From assembly GCA_964016885.1 (NCBI GenBank), contig OZ024741.1:41850001-41914000 (forward strand): a stretch of DNA of 64,000 bases. The letters run 5' to 3'. Within the stretch, counting starts at the first letter, position 1. Each line of letters opens with the position of its first letter. Positions 1 to 14,371 of this stretch are shown in pieces. The position numbers were made by a program, and so were the translations under genes. This stretch comes from Eledone cirrhosa. Taxonomy: Eukaryota. Below the pieces are notes generated by a model. That model made no database searches and had not been told where the DNA came from. It was given only the letters and a program-made list of their open reading frames with translations.

Positions 1-1083
<1,083 letters not shown>

Positions 1084-1087
<4 letters not shown>

Positions 1088-2613
1088 CATGTATATATTA
1101 TATATATCTGGTGGGCTCTTAGAAAACTAGGAGTAGATGAATGGCTTGTGAAAGCGGTACAAGCCATGTATAGGGGAACAGTCATCAAAGTTAGGATTAG
1201 CAATGAGTATAGCGAGGAATTTAGCGTACAGGTTGGGGTCCACCAGGGCTCTGTTCTTAGCCCTCTCCTGTTCATCATAGTCCTGCAGGCAATAACGGAG
1301 GAGTTTAAGACCGGATGCCCATGGGAACTCCTGTATGCTGATGACCTCGCACTCATAGCTGAATCTATGGTAGAACTAGAGAATAAATTCCAAACCTGGA
1401 AGCAGGGACTAGAGAGAAAGGGCCTCAAAGTCAACATGACAAAGACTAAGGTCCTTGTAAGTAGACGAGAAAACAGAACCCAGATCCCCTCAGGGAAATG
1501 GCCTTGCTCAGTATGTAGGAAAGGTGTAGGTAGGAACTCCATTCTCTGCCCCAAATGCAAACAATGGGTACACAAGAGATGTAGCGGGATCTCAGGAAGC
1601 TTAATTAAGAATTTAGGATTCACATGCAGCAGCTGTGCTGAAACAGCAAGCAAACAGCCACAGGAAACAAGTACCACCAATCTCTGGGAGGGCCCTGTAG
1701 AAACAGTAGACAGCTTCTGCTACCTAGGTGACCGAATTAGCAACGGAGGTGGGTGCTCAGAAAGTACAATAACTAGGGTAAGAATGGGATGGAAGAAGTT
1801 TAGCGAACTACTACCACTGCTAGCTGCAAAAGGCTTCTCCCTCAGAATGAAAGGCAGACTGTATGATTGTATGATGCGTGTATCCGAACAGCGATGTTGC
1901 ATGATAGTGAGACCTGGGCGCTGAAGGTGGAAGACTTACGTAGATTAGAGAGAAACGAAGCCTGCATGCTCCGATGGATGTGTAACAGTAATATACGTGA
2001 ACGACAAAGCATAAAGGAATTGAGAGAGAGACTGAGCATAAGAGGAATCAAATGCTGTGTGCAGGAGAGGCGGTTACGCTGGTATGGACATGTGATGCGT
2101 ATGAAGGATGACAGCTGCATAAAAAGGTGCAGAGCACTAGATGTTGATGGAAACCGCGGAGTGGGGAGACCCAAGATGACTTGGGATGAGGTGATAAATG
2201 CCGACCTTACCCAACTACACCTCTCAAAGTCAATGACACACAACCGTGACTTCTGGCGTCACGCAGTAATACAGGGTACCCGACCTCCCATGGGTACATG
2301 CTGAAGCATATAAACAATATGCCCCCACTCCCCCCACCACAAGGTGGTCGTGGAGGTGCCACGGCAAAAAAGCACCCAGCCCACACTGTAAAGTGGACGT
2401 GTAGGCGCCACGAAAAAGCACCCAGCACTCACTGTAAATGAGGTTGGTGTTAGGAAGGGCATCCAGCTGTAGAAATCAAGCCAGATCAGTTCCTGTATGA
2501 GCAAGGCATGGTCAGCCGACCAGACACTGCCCACAACAGGACAACCCGTCTAACCCATGCTAGCGTGGAAGAACGGACGTAAAACGGTGATGATGATGAT
2601 GATGATGATGATG
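1084..2613 (+). mobile_element. RTE-clade LINE copy 1, 5'-truncated (RT C-half, PHD finger, thumb/C-terminus, 3' UTR, (ATG)n tail)
   Basis: Translation gives [29 protein letters not shown] and RRLRWYGHVMR...GRPK-TW. There is a frameshift from an 8-bp duplication (tgtatgat) near 1860-1875, a stop at 2304, and a tail of (GAT)n at 2588-2613. Confidence 0.93.
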
Positions 2614-2930
2614 ATATATATATATGCATGTATATATTATACATATATATATATATATATCCATGTATATATTATACATATATATATATATCCATGTATA
2701 TATTATACATATATATATATGCATGTATATATTATATATATATATATGCATGTATATATTATATATATATATATATGCATGTATACATTATATATATATA
2801 TATATGTGCATGTATATTATATATATATATATATGCATATATACATTATATATATATATATATGTGCATGTATATTATATATATATATATATGCATATAT
2901 ATTATATATATATATATATATATGCATACA
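2614..2930. repeat. (AT)n/GCATGT minisatellite, continuation of 1-1087
   Basis: Same motif composition as 1-1087. Confidence 0.93.
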
Positions 2931-3919
2931 TACCACAGTTTACATAGAATCAATGTACATTTTGTGAGAATGTGTGTGTATTCATGTATGCATATTCATG
3001 TATGTATATATTATGTACGCACACATGTATGTGTATGTGTGTATGAATAGCTTACACATCAGCGCTTATAGATATGCATATGTCTTGTCTATAAAACGTA
3101 ATGGCAGTTAAATGCCTGCCATTAGAAATCCATAGTTCTTTAAAAAGAAATCCAAGTTGCACAGCTAAAAAGACATGAGACGTTAATGGAGATAATAAAA
3201 AAAATATATATATATGAAAAGAAAAACGGTATCAATGGAGTAATTTGGAATATCAATTTAGCTTATATTTTATTCCTTATTAGATTTCCCCCTCCACCCA
3301 TTACTAAAAAGAAAATTTCATGGTTCTAAAAAAAATCAAAACATTTTCATAAAATATTGTCACAACGTTTTCTGCAGGCAGGATAATGTATTTCTTAACA
3401 TCCAGTCAGGAATTGGGAGAAATATCTTGTTTTTATGGTAGGAAGAAGACTTTAGCTAAATAGCTAAGTTAATATGAAATATGGTTTGCCTAAAAGGCCA
3501 CTCAATACAATGCAACAATGAATATACTGTATAAGAATTTGATAGAACAAACAATCTACAATCAGAATAGAAATGGCCATCTGCAAGAACGAGCCATCGC
3601 TCAGCAAGTTCGTATGGCTCTTTCAGTGCATCACTCTTACCATCCTCTAGTGTAACACATTTGCTATACTGTCCATAAAATTCTGTCATAAATGTTTTCT
3701 GTGCACAAGATAAAGTACTGCTTAACATCCATTGATAAACTAGCAATAATATCTGGTTATGGAAGAGAGGAAACTTAATCTAAATAGCTAAGTTAATGTA
3801 GTTTGCTTTAAATCCCACTCGATACAATGTAAAAATGAATGAGTGTATTATAATTTGATAGAACAAACCTGTGACTATGGTGAGGATGATCATCTGCAAA
3901 AACGAGCTTCCAGGGCTTG

Positions 3920-4430
3920 AATTTCAATTTCGACCCCAGTGTGTTACTGATATTTTATCAATCCTGTAAAGATGAAAGTCAGAGCTGACTTTGGTAGAAT
4001 TTGAATTCAGAACCCAAAATTACAAGGACAAAATAATGGTTTCTAATTTGGGCACAAGGCCAACAAACTTCAGAGGAGGGGAAAGTCAATTAAATCGACC
4101 CCAGTATGTTACTGGTTCTTTATTTTATTAACCCCGTAAGGATGAAAGGTAAAGGTAGAGCTAACTTTGGCAGGATTTGAACACAGAATCCCAGAATTAC
4201 AAGAACAAAATAATGATTTCTGATTCTGGCACAAAGCCAACAAACTTTGAGAAAGGAAAAAGTCAATTAAATCAACCCCAGTGCATTACAAGTACTTTAT
4301 TTTATCAACCCTGTAAGAATGAAAGACAAAGTTGACTTCAGCAAGATTTAAACTCAGAACGTAGAGAGTCAGAATAAATGCTGCAAAGCACTTAGTCCGA
4401 TGCTCTAATGATTCTGCCAATTCAGCCTCT
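3920..4430 (-). mobile_element. Head-to-tail cluster of about 3 Meta-type tRNA-SINE copies
   Basis: Reverse complement of GCCTTTCATCCTTACGGGGTCGATAAAATAAAGTACCAG-like domain and GAGTTCAAATC B-box, present three times. Confidence 0.75.
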
Positions 4431-4469
4431 TCTACTAGAACAAAATAATGAAAGCAGATCCTAACACCC

Positions 4470-5340
4470 AAATATAATCTGTGCAACTAGCTCAATAAGT
4501 GGTTGATCACATCATCTCTAGCTGTCCAGTCCTCACCAAATCTGAATATACACACAAGCATGACTGAGTTGGCAGCTATATGGCCTCAGGGCAATATGCC
4601 AACACTTTGATGTGAAAATAGATAAGAATTGCTATAAATATATGTACCAAACATGGTACATGGCAGTGACCTGGCCACAATCATCTGTAATATGGCTGTC
4701 CAAACTGATAAAGGAAGATCAATGCAAATCATCCAGACATAATAATAAAGGACTGGAAAAGAAAAAAAAAAAACACACCGATCATCATCAACACCATCAT
4801 CATAGTTTGATGTCCATTTTCCATGCTAGCATGGGTTAGACAAGTAACATTATGAGAAAAGTCATGTTCAGGCTTTTTGTTGTGTCACCAACAAGGCCAC
4901 TTTATAGTGTCGACTAAATGCTTTTTTTAGTATCACCAACATGGCTACTTTACAATGTGAACTGGGTGTTTTTTGTAGGATCACCCAGACCATCCTGTAA
5001 GGTGATTGTGTTGGTGACATGAGAAAAAGTTCCCAGTTCACCCTGTAGGGTAGCCAAGCTGGTGACACTCAATGGAGTAATTTGGAATATCAATTTAGCT
5101 TATATTTTATTCCTTATTAGATTTCCCCCAGTGTCACCAGCTTGGCTACCCTACAGGGTGAACTGGGAACTTTTTCTCATGTCACCAACACAATCACCTT
5201 ACAGGATGGTCTGGGTGATCCTTTCTGATCAAAATATTGCCTGAAAAGTGAAAAAGACTCAAAATACAAGGATCTTGAAATTAAAATATACAAAATGGGG
5301 AGTATGAAGAAAAAATGGTGCCAATCAATATAATAAAAGA
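4470..5340 (+). pseudogene. R4/Dong-like non-LTR retrotransposon C-terminal relic (zinc knuckle + restriction-like endonuclease), interrupted
   Basis: Translation from 4502 gives VDHIISSCPVLTKSEYTHKHD*VG, then ATII..AVQTDK..ANHPDIIIKD. After the 4780-5222 interruption it gives SDQNIA..KYKDLEIKIYKM..VPI. This matches the RHD / (R)PD / KY motif order of RLE elements; there are multiple stops and frameshifts. Confidence 0.65.
4977..5222. repeat. 93-bp inverted repeat with 60-bp spacer copied from 3233-3292
   Basis: 4977-5069 is the reverse complement of 5130-5222. Spacer 5070-5129 is identical to 3233-3292. Confidence 0.95.
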
Positions 5341-5771
5341 TGTATTTTAAAGCATTTTTTGGGAAAATTCAAAACTTAACATCTAGTTCATGTTTGTAGC
5401 AGAAAATCCCCAAAACAACAGTGGCATTAGTTAAAGTTAAGCTTCATGGATGGGAAAATTTTAGATGGATGGTACCTATACTTGAAGTAAATTAAGAAGG
5501 CTAGAGATGGAGAAAATATCTTAAAATGGTTCAAAATATGCAATACCCGCCTGCAACAATAAAATACCAAAAAGCGTCACTGGCAATCAAAAAGTTAAGC
5601 AGACTTTTTGATAGTATTTAAATCATTGCAATTTTGTACTTCTGGCTATAGGTTTCCAAAGACTATTCTTCATTTCAAATCAGATCCCAACTTCTAACTT
5701 TTATTTCATATTCTACACAAAAATCAGGTGCCTGTGGAGGTAAAATGGTAAATATTACATAAGCAGTCAAA

Positions 5772-5985
5772 GAGAGAGTGAGAGAGAGTGAGAGAGTGGG
5801 AGAGTGAGAGAGTGGGAGAGTGAGAGAGTGGGAGAGTGAGAGAGTGAGAGAGTGAGAGAGTGGGAGAGTGAGAGAGTGAGAGAGTGGGAGAGTGAGAGAG
5901 TGAGAGAGTGAGAGAGTGGGAGAGTGAGAGAGTGAGAGTGGGAGAGTGGGGGAGTGGGGGAGTGAGATAGAGAGGGGGGGAGAAA
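5772..5985. repeat. (GAGAGTGA/GAGAGTGG)n purine-rich satellite
   Basis: Directly visible. Confidence 0.95.
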
Positions 5986-6631
5986 TATCTGAAAACAGGT
6001 TTATGTGTGTGTGACGTCTTCAAAGAATTTGATCAATATAAAGCTACATATAAACCATTGAGTATAATATGCAGCGCTGAATTGATGCCTCCCAATCCTT
6101 TGAAAACTGTTACCTATAAGGAATAAGACAGGCGTACAAGTGAGAAATTATGGCTTATATGTGAATGTTGAGAGACACGCTACCTATTAATCAAAGGAAA
6201 TACTATATTACTTCTAGTCATATAAAGTTACTACTGTACTACTATCGATATATATACTACTATATACAATTGTTTTGATTAACTTCAATGTGCATAGTAA
6301 TTTATTGCCTATGCATATTTTTAATACATTAACTAACCAACAGACTCAATCGATAAGCTAGATCACCAGTTTGAGGATTTCAAACTAAACATTCATGTAG
6401 ACACTCTGAATAAAAGTGAGAGAGAGCTTGTGACATTTCTACAGTCAATACAACATATATTTATGTATAAATCATACCTGTTGCTTAAAAAATATGTGAA
6501 ACTCCAGTATGTAACTTATCTACTTGAGTGAAAATCCTCAATTCAATTGATGTGACTTATCTATTGCTATCACTTAACATGAATATACATATGGTATGTA
6601 TATTTCTTGTACATCAGCGCTTATCTATATA

Positions 6632-6728
6632 CAGGTGTCCCCCCCCAAAATATATACACTGATTACCTGTACAGGCAATATTTATTAGAATGCTGTTGAA
6701 GTGTGTATACATTTTTTGGGACACCCTG
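6632..6728. mobile_element. Tc1/mariner-type MITE (CAGG(G)TGTCCC...GGGACACCCTG, TA flanks)
   Basis: About 28-bp imperfect TIRs with TA on both sides. A sister copy at 25969-26047 shares the internal TTAGAATGCTGTTGAAGTGTG. Confidence 0.8.
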
Positions 6729-7014
6729 TATATGTCTCCCTTCACCATGGTATTAATGGTGTGTGATAGGACAGCAAGAGCCAATACAGCTAAGCACCAG
6801 TGTCATCGCAGGTAGACTAAGAATGCAAAGGACTAAAAGAGATACCTAATGTATCATATTCGATTCCCAAACAATTCTGCCAATTCCCTGCCCTAGACTG
6901 GCATTTTATTCATCAATCCATGAGATGAAAGGTAAAGTTGACCTAGACGGGTTTACAAGTTGGAGTTTACAGAATCAGGAAAAATAATGCAAAGCATTTA
7001 CTTTGAAGATCTCA

Positions 7015-7480
7015 GCACACACACACAAATACATCAATAGACACACACACACACACATCAATAGACACGCACACACACATCAATAGACACACAAAAAATA
7101 CATCAATAGACACACACACACACACATCAATAGACACGCACACACACACAAATACATCAGACACACACACACACACAAATACATGAATAGACACACACAA
7201 ATACATTAATAGACACACACACACACACACAAATACATCAATACACACACACAAATACATCAATAGACACACACACCAACACGCACAAATACATGAATAG
7301 ACACACACAAACACACAAATACATCGATACACACACACACAAGTACACAAAAACATCAATACACAGACACACACACAAATACATCAGTAGACACACACAC
7401 ACACAAATACATCAATAGACACATACAAATATATCAATAGACACACACATCAACAGACAGACAGAAAAATACATCAACAA
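7015..7480. repeat. Minisatellite (CA)n-AAATACATCAATAG
   Basis: Directly visible recurring unit. Confidence 0.92.
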
Positions 7481-7989
7481 ACGACCTACAGGCTTACAAG
7501 ACTCTCCATAATATTTTCTGTTTTCCTCTCTAATTATGCCAACCTCACCCAGCCAAACTCAGTAACACCTTTTACTGATCAACTTAGCATTAATCAGACC
7601 TAAATCTAATTACAACAATCTTCACACCACATGGGATTTCCCTTTTACAATCATAGCCAATATTTAATAACACTAAAACCAATAGCAATACCAACAGAGG
7701 AATAAAATGGATTTCCATCGGTTGTGATGAAGAGTGTACCACTTGTTCAATCAATGGAATAACCTGCTCCTGAAATGAATGTGTGAGTGGCTGAGTATTC
7801 CAGACACAAGTACCCTATGGGTAATTCTCATGGAGACTAAGCACGACAGTGTAGAGCAAGGCTGGCTTTTTCAAGTATAGTCCATATAACAGGCTTCCAA
7901 ACAGTTTCTGTCTACACAATTTTACTTACAAGGCTTGGATTGACCCTCCTTGCTCCTCCTCATCTCACCCTCATATCTGAGGGCCTGAG

Positions 7990-8262
7990 TCATGGACTTA
8001 TACTCCACCACTCTCCATTTTTTCCTGTCTCTTTCCATTGACGTACATTCCACCAAACCCCTTCCTGTCCATTCCTTAATATTATCTGTCCATCTCCTTT
8101 TCTGCCGTTCCCCTGTATTTGTCCCTCAAGGATATTGGTAATCAAATTTTGGGTCCTGATGACATGACCAAAATAGTGAAGCTTCCTTTTCCTTACTGTT
8201 TCAACCAACTGTTGAATGGTACCAATCTCTTCCAGGACAGATTCATTTGTATGACATGTCAA
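7990..8262 (-). pseudogene. RTE-group LINE ORF2 C-terminal relic
   Basis: TNESVLEEIG..KRKLHYFGHVIR..ILEGQIQG..GR motif typical of the RTE ORF2 C-terminus. Confidence 0.7.
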
Positions 8263-8297
8263 AGGTTGACTCTAGGCTATTGTAAATAACACTTGTC

Positions 8298-8507
8298 TAA
8301 CCCTTTAGCATTTACATTACTCTATATATAGAATAATGTATTTTTGTGGTAAACACTTTATCTGACATAATTATCTCACATATTGAATCTAGAGATTTTG
8401 ATGTTATTTATTTTGAGAACAATACCTTAATGTCAGTATGAGCAGCCAGTTATAGCCGGTTTGACAACTCTGGCTGGATATGGCTAGTTTAAATGCTAAA
8501 GGATTAA
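8298..8507 (+). mobile_element. piggyBac-like MITE family A (~210 bp)
   Basis: Termini (T)AACCCTTTAGCATT...AATGCTAAAGG(G)TTAA. Further copies at 11101-11315, 14145-14371, 16879-17101, 19673-19898 and 22602-22917. Confidence 0.75.
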
Positions 8508-11100
8508 GCTGCCATTCTGTGCAATTGAACCCAGCAACTCATGATTGCAAACTTAACTTTGTAACCATTTGGTCATGTTGCATCCACCATAAAACCACAC
8601 ACGTGTGTTATATAATCACAATCAATTCAGACACTTCGTATTTTCTTGAAAATTGAGAAAAAAAAATAGTTTTAACATTACGCGTTATATAATGGCAGAA
8701 TAAGAGAAGTATATTTCAAACTCTTTCATCACAAACTATCAACCATTTCGAGAAAATCATCTTGAAAGGAAACAAAAAACACCACTACCAACAACAATAA
8801 TAATGATGATGAAAATTTCTGTTGAAGAATACTAGTTAACTATCTACTACAGTAATTTAAGTTTGAAGTCAGACATGTTATTTGATTAACAATGTCAAAC
8901 AAAAAATATAATGGCAAATTATAAAAGAACAAAACAAAACTAAACCAATTCCATGCTTTCATAATGCAAAATGAAATTAATGTTTAAAAGCAATAATCAT
9001 AGGTACAAGTATGGCTGTTTGGTTAAAGAATTCACTTTACAATATAGTTTCAGCTTCTCTCCAATTATCTACCTTCTAATATAGCCACAGTTGGAACGAA
9101 ATTTGGTCGACCAATTCTAATATAGCCACAGTTGGAATGAAATTTGGTCAACGAAATCCTAACACTTTCATGACTGCATTTCTAAAGAAATACACTCTAT
9201 CTTAATTACTAAATGAAAAATCTTGAGGGATTTATTAAAATTATTAATTATTTCATTACTAAGATAGTAACTTAATGTAAGATTTTTATATAAAATTATT
9301 TTGGAAGATTTTAATTTAAATTGAAAACCTTTAAAATGTGAGGTTTTCTTTCATAGGACCAGAGCCGGTTTTGGACTGGTCGGAAACTAAAGGGTTAAGA
9401 AGCCCATCATATATGTGTGCAAGTTTATTTTCTGTAATTTAGCAGTTCAACAGAAAGTGATCTGAAAATAAGTACTAGATTTGAAAAAAAGTAACTATGG
9501 GGTCAATATGATAGCCTAAAATCCCTTTAATATGTTGTCCAGATATGACCACAGGCTAATAACTAAGAAGAAAATAATAAACTAAACCAATTCCATACTT
9601 TCATTATATACCAAATGAAATCAATGTTTAAAAACAATAATTTAACTAATGGTTTTAATAGAAAAAAATAGACAGACACGCAATATTATTACTTTACTTC
9701 TAAGAAATCTACTTGTAAATCTACAAAATTTGAAAATATAATTGATAAAAATGTTCACACATTGGGCACAGATTTACATATTGGAATTATATATTCTATA
9801 ACAATCACTTTAAGAAAAGAAAATGTCTTTTTTTATTTGTTTATGAAAGACTTGTCATTTTCTTCACCACATTTTATATTCATTTTCCCTTGCTTGTATG
9901 GGTAGGATAGGTCATCTCCAACACAGATTTACTCTACTAATTGCATTCCTTCATCCACTACCATGGTTAGTGTTAGTCCTGTATACACAATTAACATTTA
10001 TCTTGTGAGTTGTACTAGTCGTGATTTTGGCCTGTTTCTTTTTTCTTTACTAGCTGGATGCCCTTTCTATCACCAATCATTTTACAATGTGGAAAAGCTG
10101 CACTTTATCATGCTACCATAATTAGAGGTTTTCCAGATGTCAGTCGTGGGTGTGTGGTGTGTGTGTGTGTGTGTGTGTTTGTATGTAAGTGTGTGTATAC
10201 ACTGGTATAAATCAGTGTAAAATACCTTGTTATATTCAAATCTGTGACATAAAGGTAATCAAAATAGACATAAATTTAAGGCACAGGCTTTTGAAAGGGT
10301 TTTCTACTCAAAGCTCACAGATACCCAAGGGTCCATAAACCATAATTTGGAGATCACTGCTCTACATAATAAGGATTGACCTCAATAACCAAGTTATTTT
10401 TATTTTTGACTAAAACTTTCTTTATGAGACAAACTGACAGAGTTGTTATAGCATCAGAAAGAATGATTTATAGCATTACTTCCAGCTCTTTAGACTTCTT
10501 TTAACTTTCTTAGTATTATTAAAAACTAATCTCTTTATAAAACATACACATCAAGATGAAAGACTGTATCAATCAACATAAAAGACACCCTTTGGTTATG
10601 AATGAAGCATAAACCTATGCATGCCAGCATTCCTTCTTCACACCAATGTTGTCCAAAGGAAAGGTCAATACAACTTGAAAAAAAATGATGTCACAACTCA
10701 TATATCCAGCTAAGTAAACTGGAGCAACATGTAAAAAATGTCTTGTTCAAGGACAAAATGTACCACCCGTTCTGGGAATAAAACTCACAACCTCATGACT
10801 GTGAACCCAACATTCTTACTACTACAACACTCATAGTTGTTAATGATGTAGTAGTAATAATACATTATATGAAATACTTAACCTTTTCAAGACGATATTT
10901 CGAATGAAATACACTCCATTAATTAATGAAGAATTTTGAGAGATTTATTAAAATCATAATTTTTCATTACTAATATACTAACTTAATATATGAGTCTTAT
11001 ATAATATGTTTGAAGATTTCAATTTAAGTAGGAATCTTTTAAAATTGGTGGCTTTGTTCATAGAAACAGAATCAGTTTTGGTCAGATTGGCATTGAAAGG

Positions 11101-11315
11101 AACCCTTTAGCATCTACATTACTCTATATTTACAATTGTATTTTCACAGTAAACACTTTATCTCACATAATATAATATCAAATCTACAAGATCATGATAT
11201 TTATTTTGAGAACAATACCTTAACATAAATATGAGTGACCAGTTACAGCTGGTTTGAACAGAAAGAGGTGAAAGAATTCTGGCTGGATATGGCCAGTTTA
11301 AATGCTCAGGGTTAA
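11101..11315 (+). mobile_element. piggyBac-like MITE family A
   Basis: Same body and CCCTT/AGGG-TTAA ends as 8298-8507. Confidence 0.75.
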
Positions 11316-11409
11316 ATGAAGTCACAACATGAATTTAGTGGATTAGTTCTACATACATAACTATTCATTATTTCAGTGTGTAAGTAAACAATATACAGAA
11401 AGAATAGTG

Positions 11410-12105
11410 CTGAGAGAGAGGGGGTGATAGCTTGAGAGAGGTGGGTGAGAGGGAGATAGCTTGAGAGAGAGAGAGGGGGTGATAGCTTGAGAGAGAGAGA
11501 GGGGGTGATAGCTTGAGAGAGGTGGGTGAGAGGGAGATAGCTTGAGAGAGAGGGGGGTAGCTTGAGAGAGGGGGGGGTAGCTTGAGAGAGGGGGTGATAG
11601 CTTGAGAGAGGGGGGGGTGATAGCTTGAGAGAGGTGGGTGAGAGGGAGATAGCTTGAGAGAGAGAGAGGGAGAGAGAGAGGGAGATAGCTTGAGAGAGAG
11701 GGAGGAGATAGCTTGAGAGGGGGGAGATAGCTTGAGAGGGGGGGTGATAGCTTGAGAGGGGGGGTGATAGCTTGAGAGAGGGGGTGATAGATTGAGAGAG
11801 GGGGGTGATAGCTTGATAGAGGGGGGGGGGTGATAGCTTGAGAGAGGTGGGTGAGAGGGAGATAGCTTGAGAGGTGGGTGAGAGGGAGATAGCTTGAGAG
11901 AGGTGGGTGAGAGGGAGAGGGTGATAGCTTGAGAGAGGTGGGAGAGGGTGATAGCTTGAGAGAGGTGGGAGAGAGAGAGGGCGATAGCTTGAGAGAGGTG
12001 GGTGAGAGAGATGGGTGAGAGAGGTGGGAGAGAGAGAGAGAGGGCGATAGCTTGAGAGATGTGAGAGAAAGGGGGGTGATAGCTTGAGAGAGGTGGGAGA
12101 GAGAA
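11410..12105. repeat. G-rich minisatellite (GGTGATAGCTTGAGAGA core)
   Basis: More than 25 variant units directly visible. Confidence 0.95.
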
Positions 12106-12763
12106 AGTAAAAATAGAAAAAGCATGTAGAGAAACAAAAAAAAAGTGAGTGGAGTGAAAAAAAAAAAAATCAAGAATTGAGAATATTGTATATAAATATA
12201 TATATAGCAGCAATAAATAATTGCTAATTAAGAGATATGATGGTTTAGTCATAATGGATATTACATTCAATAAATACAAGCTATTGTATTTAGCAAAGAC
12301 CCATAAAAAAATGAGATAAAACACTGTTTTAGTTTGTTGTTTATATTTGTTCTACTTTTTTGTGTTTGTTTTCTTGTGTGTATGTGTGGTGGGGGGGGGG
12401 GGTATTTGGTATCAGAAAGAAGATGGTCAGGTACTTAAGTATATTCTTTCTTTCAGATTTTATAGACTTAACTGTCAAACGTTTTGTTAGATCACCAAAA
12501 ATAGAAGTTTGGAATCACATGGGCTACAGAACTATATTATGTCATACAGGATGTCCCAAAAGTCATTTTATATAAATATATATATGAAATTGTCTAGTAA
12601 CTTTTGGACAACCAGTGTTGCTGGCAAGAAGGGTTGTTACCAATGAAAAGCCAATAAGATGATCAACCGTGATGAAGCAGTGAAGATTATTCGAGAGAAA
12701 CTCACTGAATCTTAAAGAAGACAATAAAAAAAAGAAATTAAATTTAAAAAAAAATATTATAAA

Positions 12764-12990
12764 ATGATGAGCTGTAGACTAGGTATACTGTCTATGGGTT
12801 ACAGAACTATACCCTGTCATATGTGTATGATGTATAGAATACGTATACTGTCTATGAGTTATAGAACTATACCCTGTCATATGTGTATGATGTATAGAAT
12901 AGGTACACTGTCTATGGGCTTAAGAAATAAACCCTGTCATATGTGTGTATCAGGTGTAGTATAGGTAGACTGTATATGTCCATGTCATAA
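12764..12990. repeat. 60-bp tandem repeat, about 3.5 copies
   Basis: TACTGTCTATG...AGAACTATACCCTGTCATATGTGTATGATGTATAGAAT recurs with a 60-bp period. Confidence 0.9.
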
Positions 12991-14144
12991 GTGACTAGAA
13001 GTATTCTCAGAGGAAGGGCATCTGGTTGTAAAATATTGCCTCAAAAAGAAACCCATGTCATGGGGCTCACAAGACTATTCCCTGCTTCAGTTAGGAAAAT
13101 AGCCTTAACTCCTGCTTTAGTGGGGAAATGTCCTTAGCCCATTCATTACCATATTTCTAATGAAATACACTGATTATGTGTTTCAATCAATTTTGAAAAT
13201 AACCAAAAATTTGGAGGAATTCAATAAATAACTAAAATTTTCATTAGTAAACTGATGTTAGGAATATTTCTTCATAGAAATGTTTTTAATAAAATTATAA
13301 TGGAAGTTTTGATATAAGGATAAACTTTTTAAAATGACCAGTTTTGTATAATAAACCCAGGGTAATTTCCGGTTGGCTGGTATTAAACAGGTTAACATGT
13401 TGTTGCTTTCAAGACAAAGGAAGTCTAGCTTCAAGAGAAAGCAAGTCTACAATATAATTTAGTGATTATATTGTAATGTTATTCAGACTAATAAAATATG
13501 ATGTAAAGTCTGCCTCTTACATAACATTTGAATAGTATTCATATAAGTATTCATTTTAGCCACTCATTTATACAAATGTACATATGTATCTGATTTAGAA
13601 TAGGTACACCATATCCCTGCATGTCAGAAAATTAAATTAAAAGGGCTGGTGCCAAGAAATGCTATCTAGTTGTAAAATAGACTCCATGATGTATATAAAA
13701 ACTGTCATGTGATCCACTTGGCTAATAACTGCTTCAGCAGGAAAAAATAGCCTTAAAATGTTTGTTTTGTATACAAATGTTCATTGTAACTGTTAGAATA
13801 TTACACAAAAATTGTTATATTTACTTCTAATTTATTTCATATTGTCAATTGCCTGAACCTCCAGTTCAACACTGTAAAGGTGGGTGGTGTTGGAAGGGCA
13901 TCCAGCTGTAGAAAACCGGCCAAAATGCAGTTCCATTTGAGCTAGGTATGGAACGGCCAACTGGCCAGGCTTGCCTCATAATGTGGACAACCTGTCTAAT
14001 CAATGCAAGCATGGAAAATAAGACACACAGTGGTGATGATTATATTACATTTTCATAACATTGCAGTTGAATTGCATGTAGCCAGGTTGAAAAATGCAAC
14101 AGAAATTTTGAAACTACATAAATGAAAAGTGAATATAACAGAGT

Positions 14145-14371
14145 TTAATCCTTTAGCATTTAAACCAGCCATATCCGGCCAGAATTCTCTCACCTCATTC
14201 TGTTCAAACTGGCTGTAACCAGCTACTCATACTTATGTTAAGGTATTGTTCTCAAAATATTATCATCAAAATTTTGTAACTTCGATATTATGCTAGATAA
14301 TTATGCAAGTAAAGCCCTTTACTGTAAAAATCAACAGTAAACTCAGAATAATGTAAATACTAAAGGGTTAA
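14145..14371 (-). mobile_element. piggyBac-like MITE family A
   Basis: TTAA-flanked, reverse-complement copy of family A. Confidence 0.75.
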
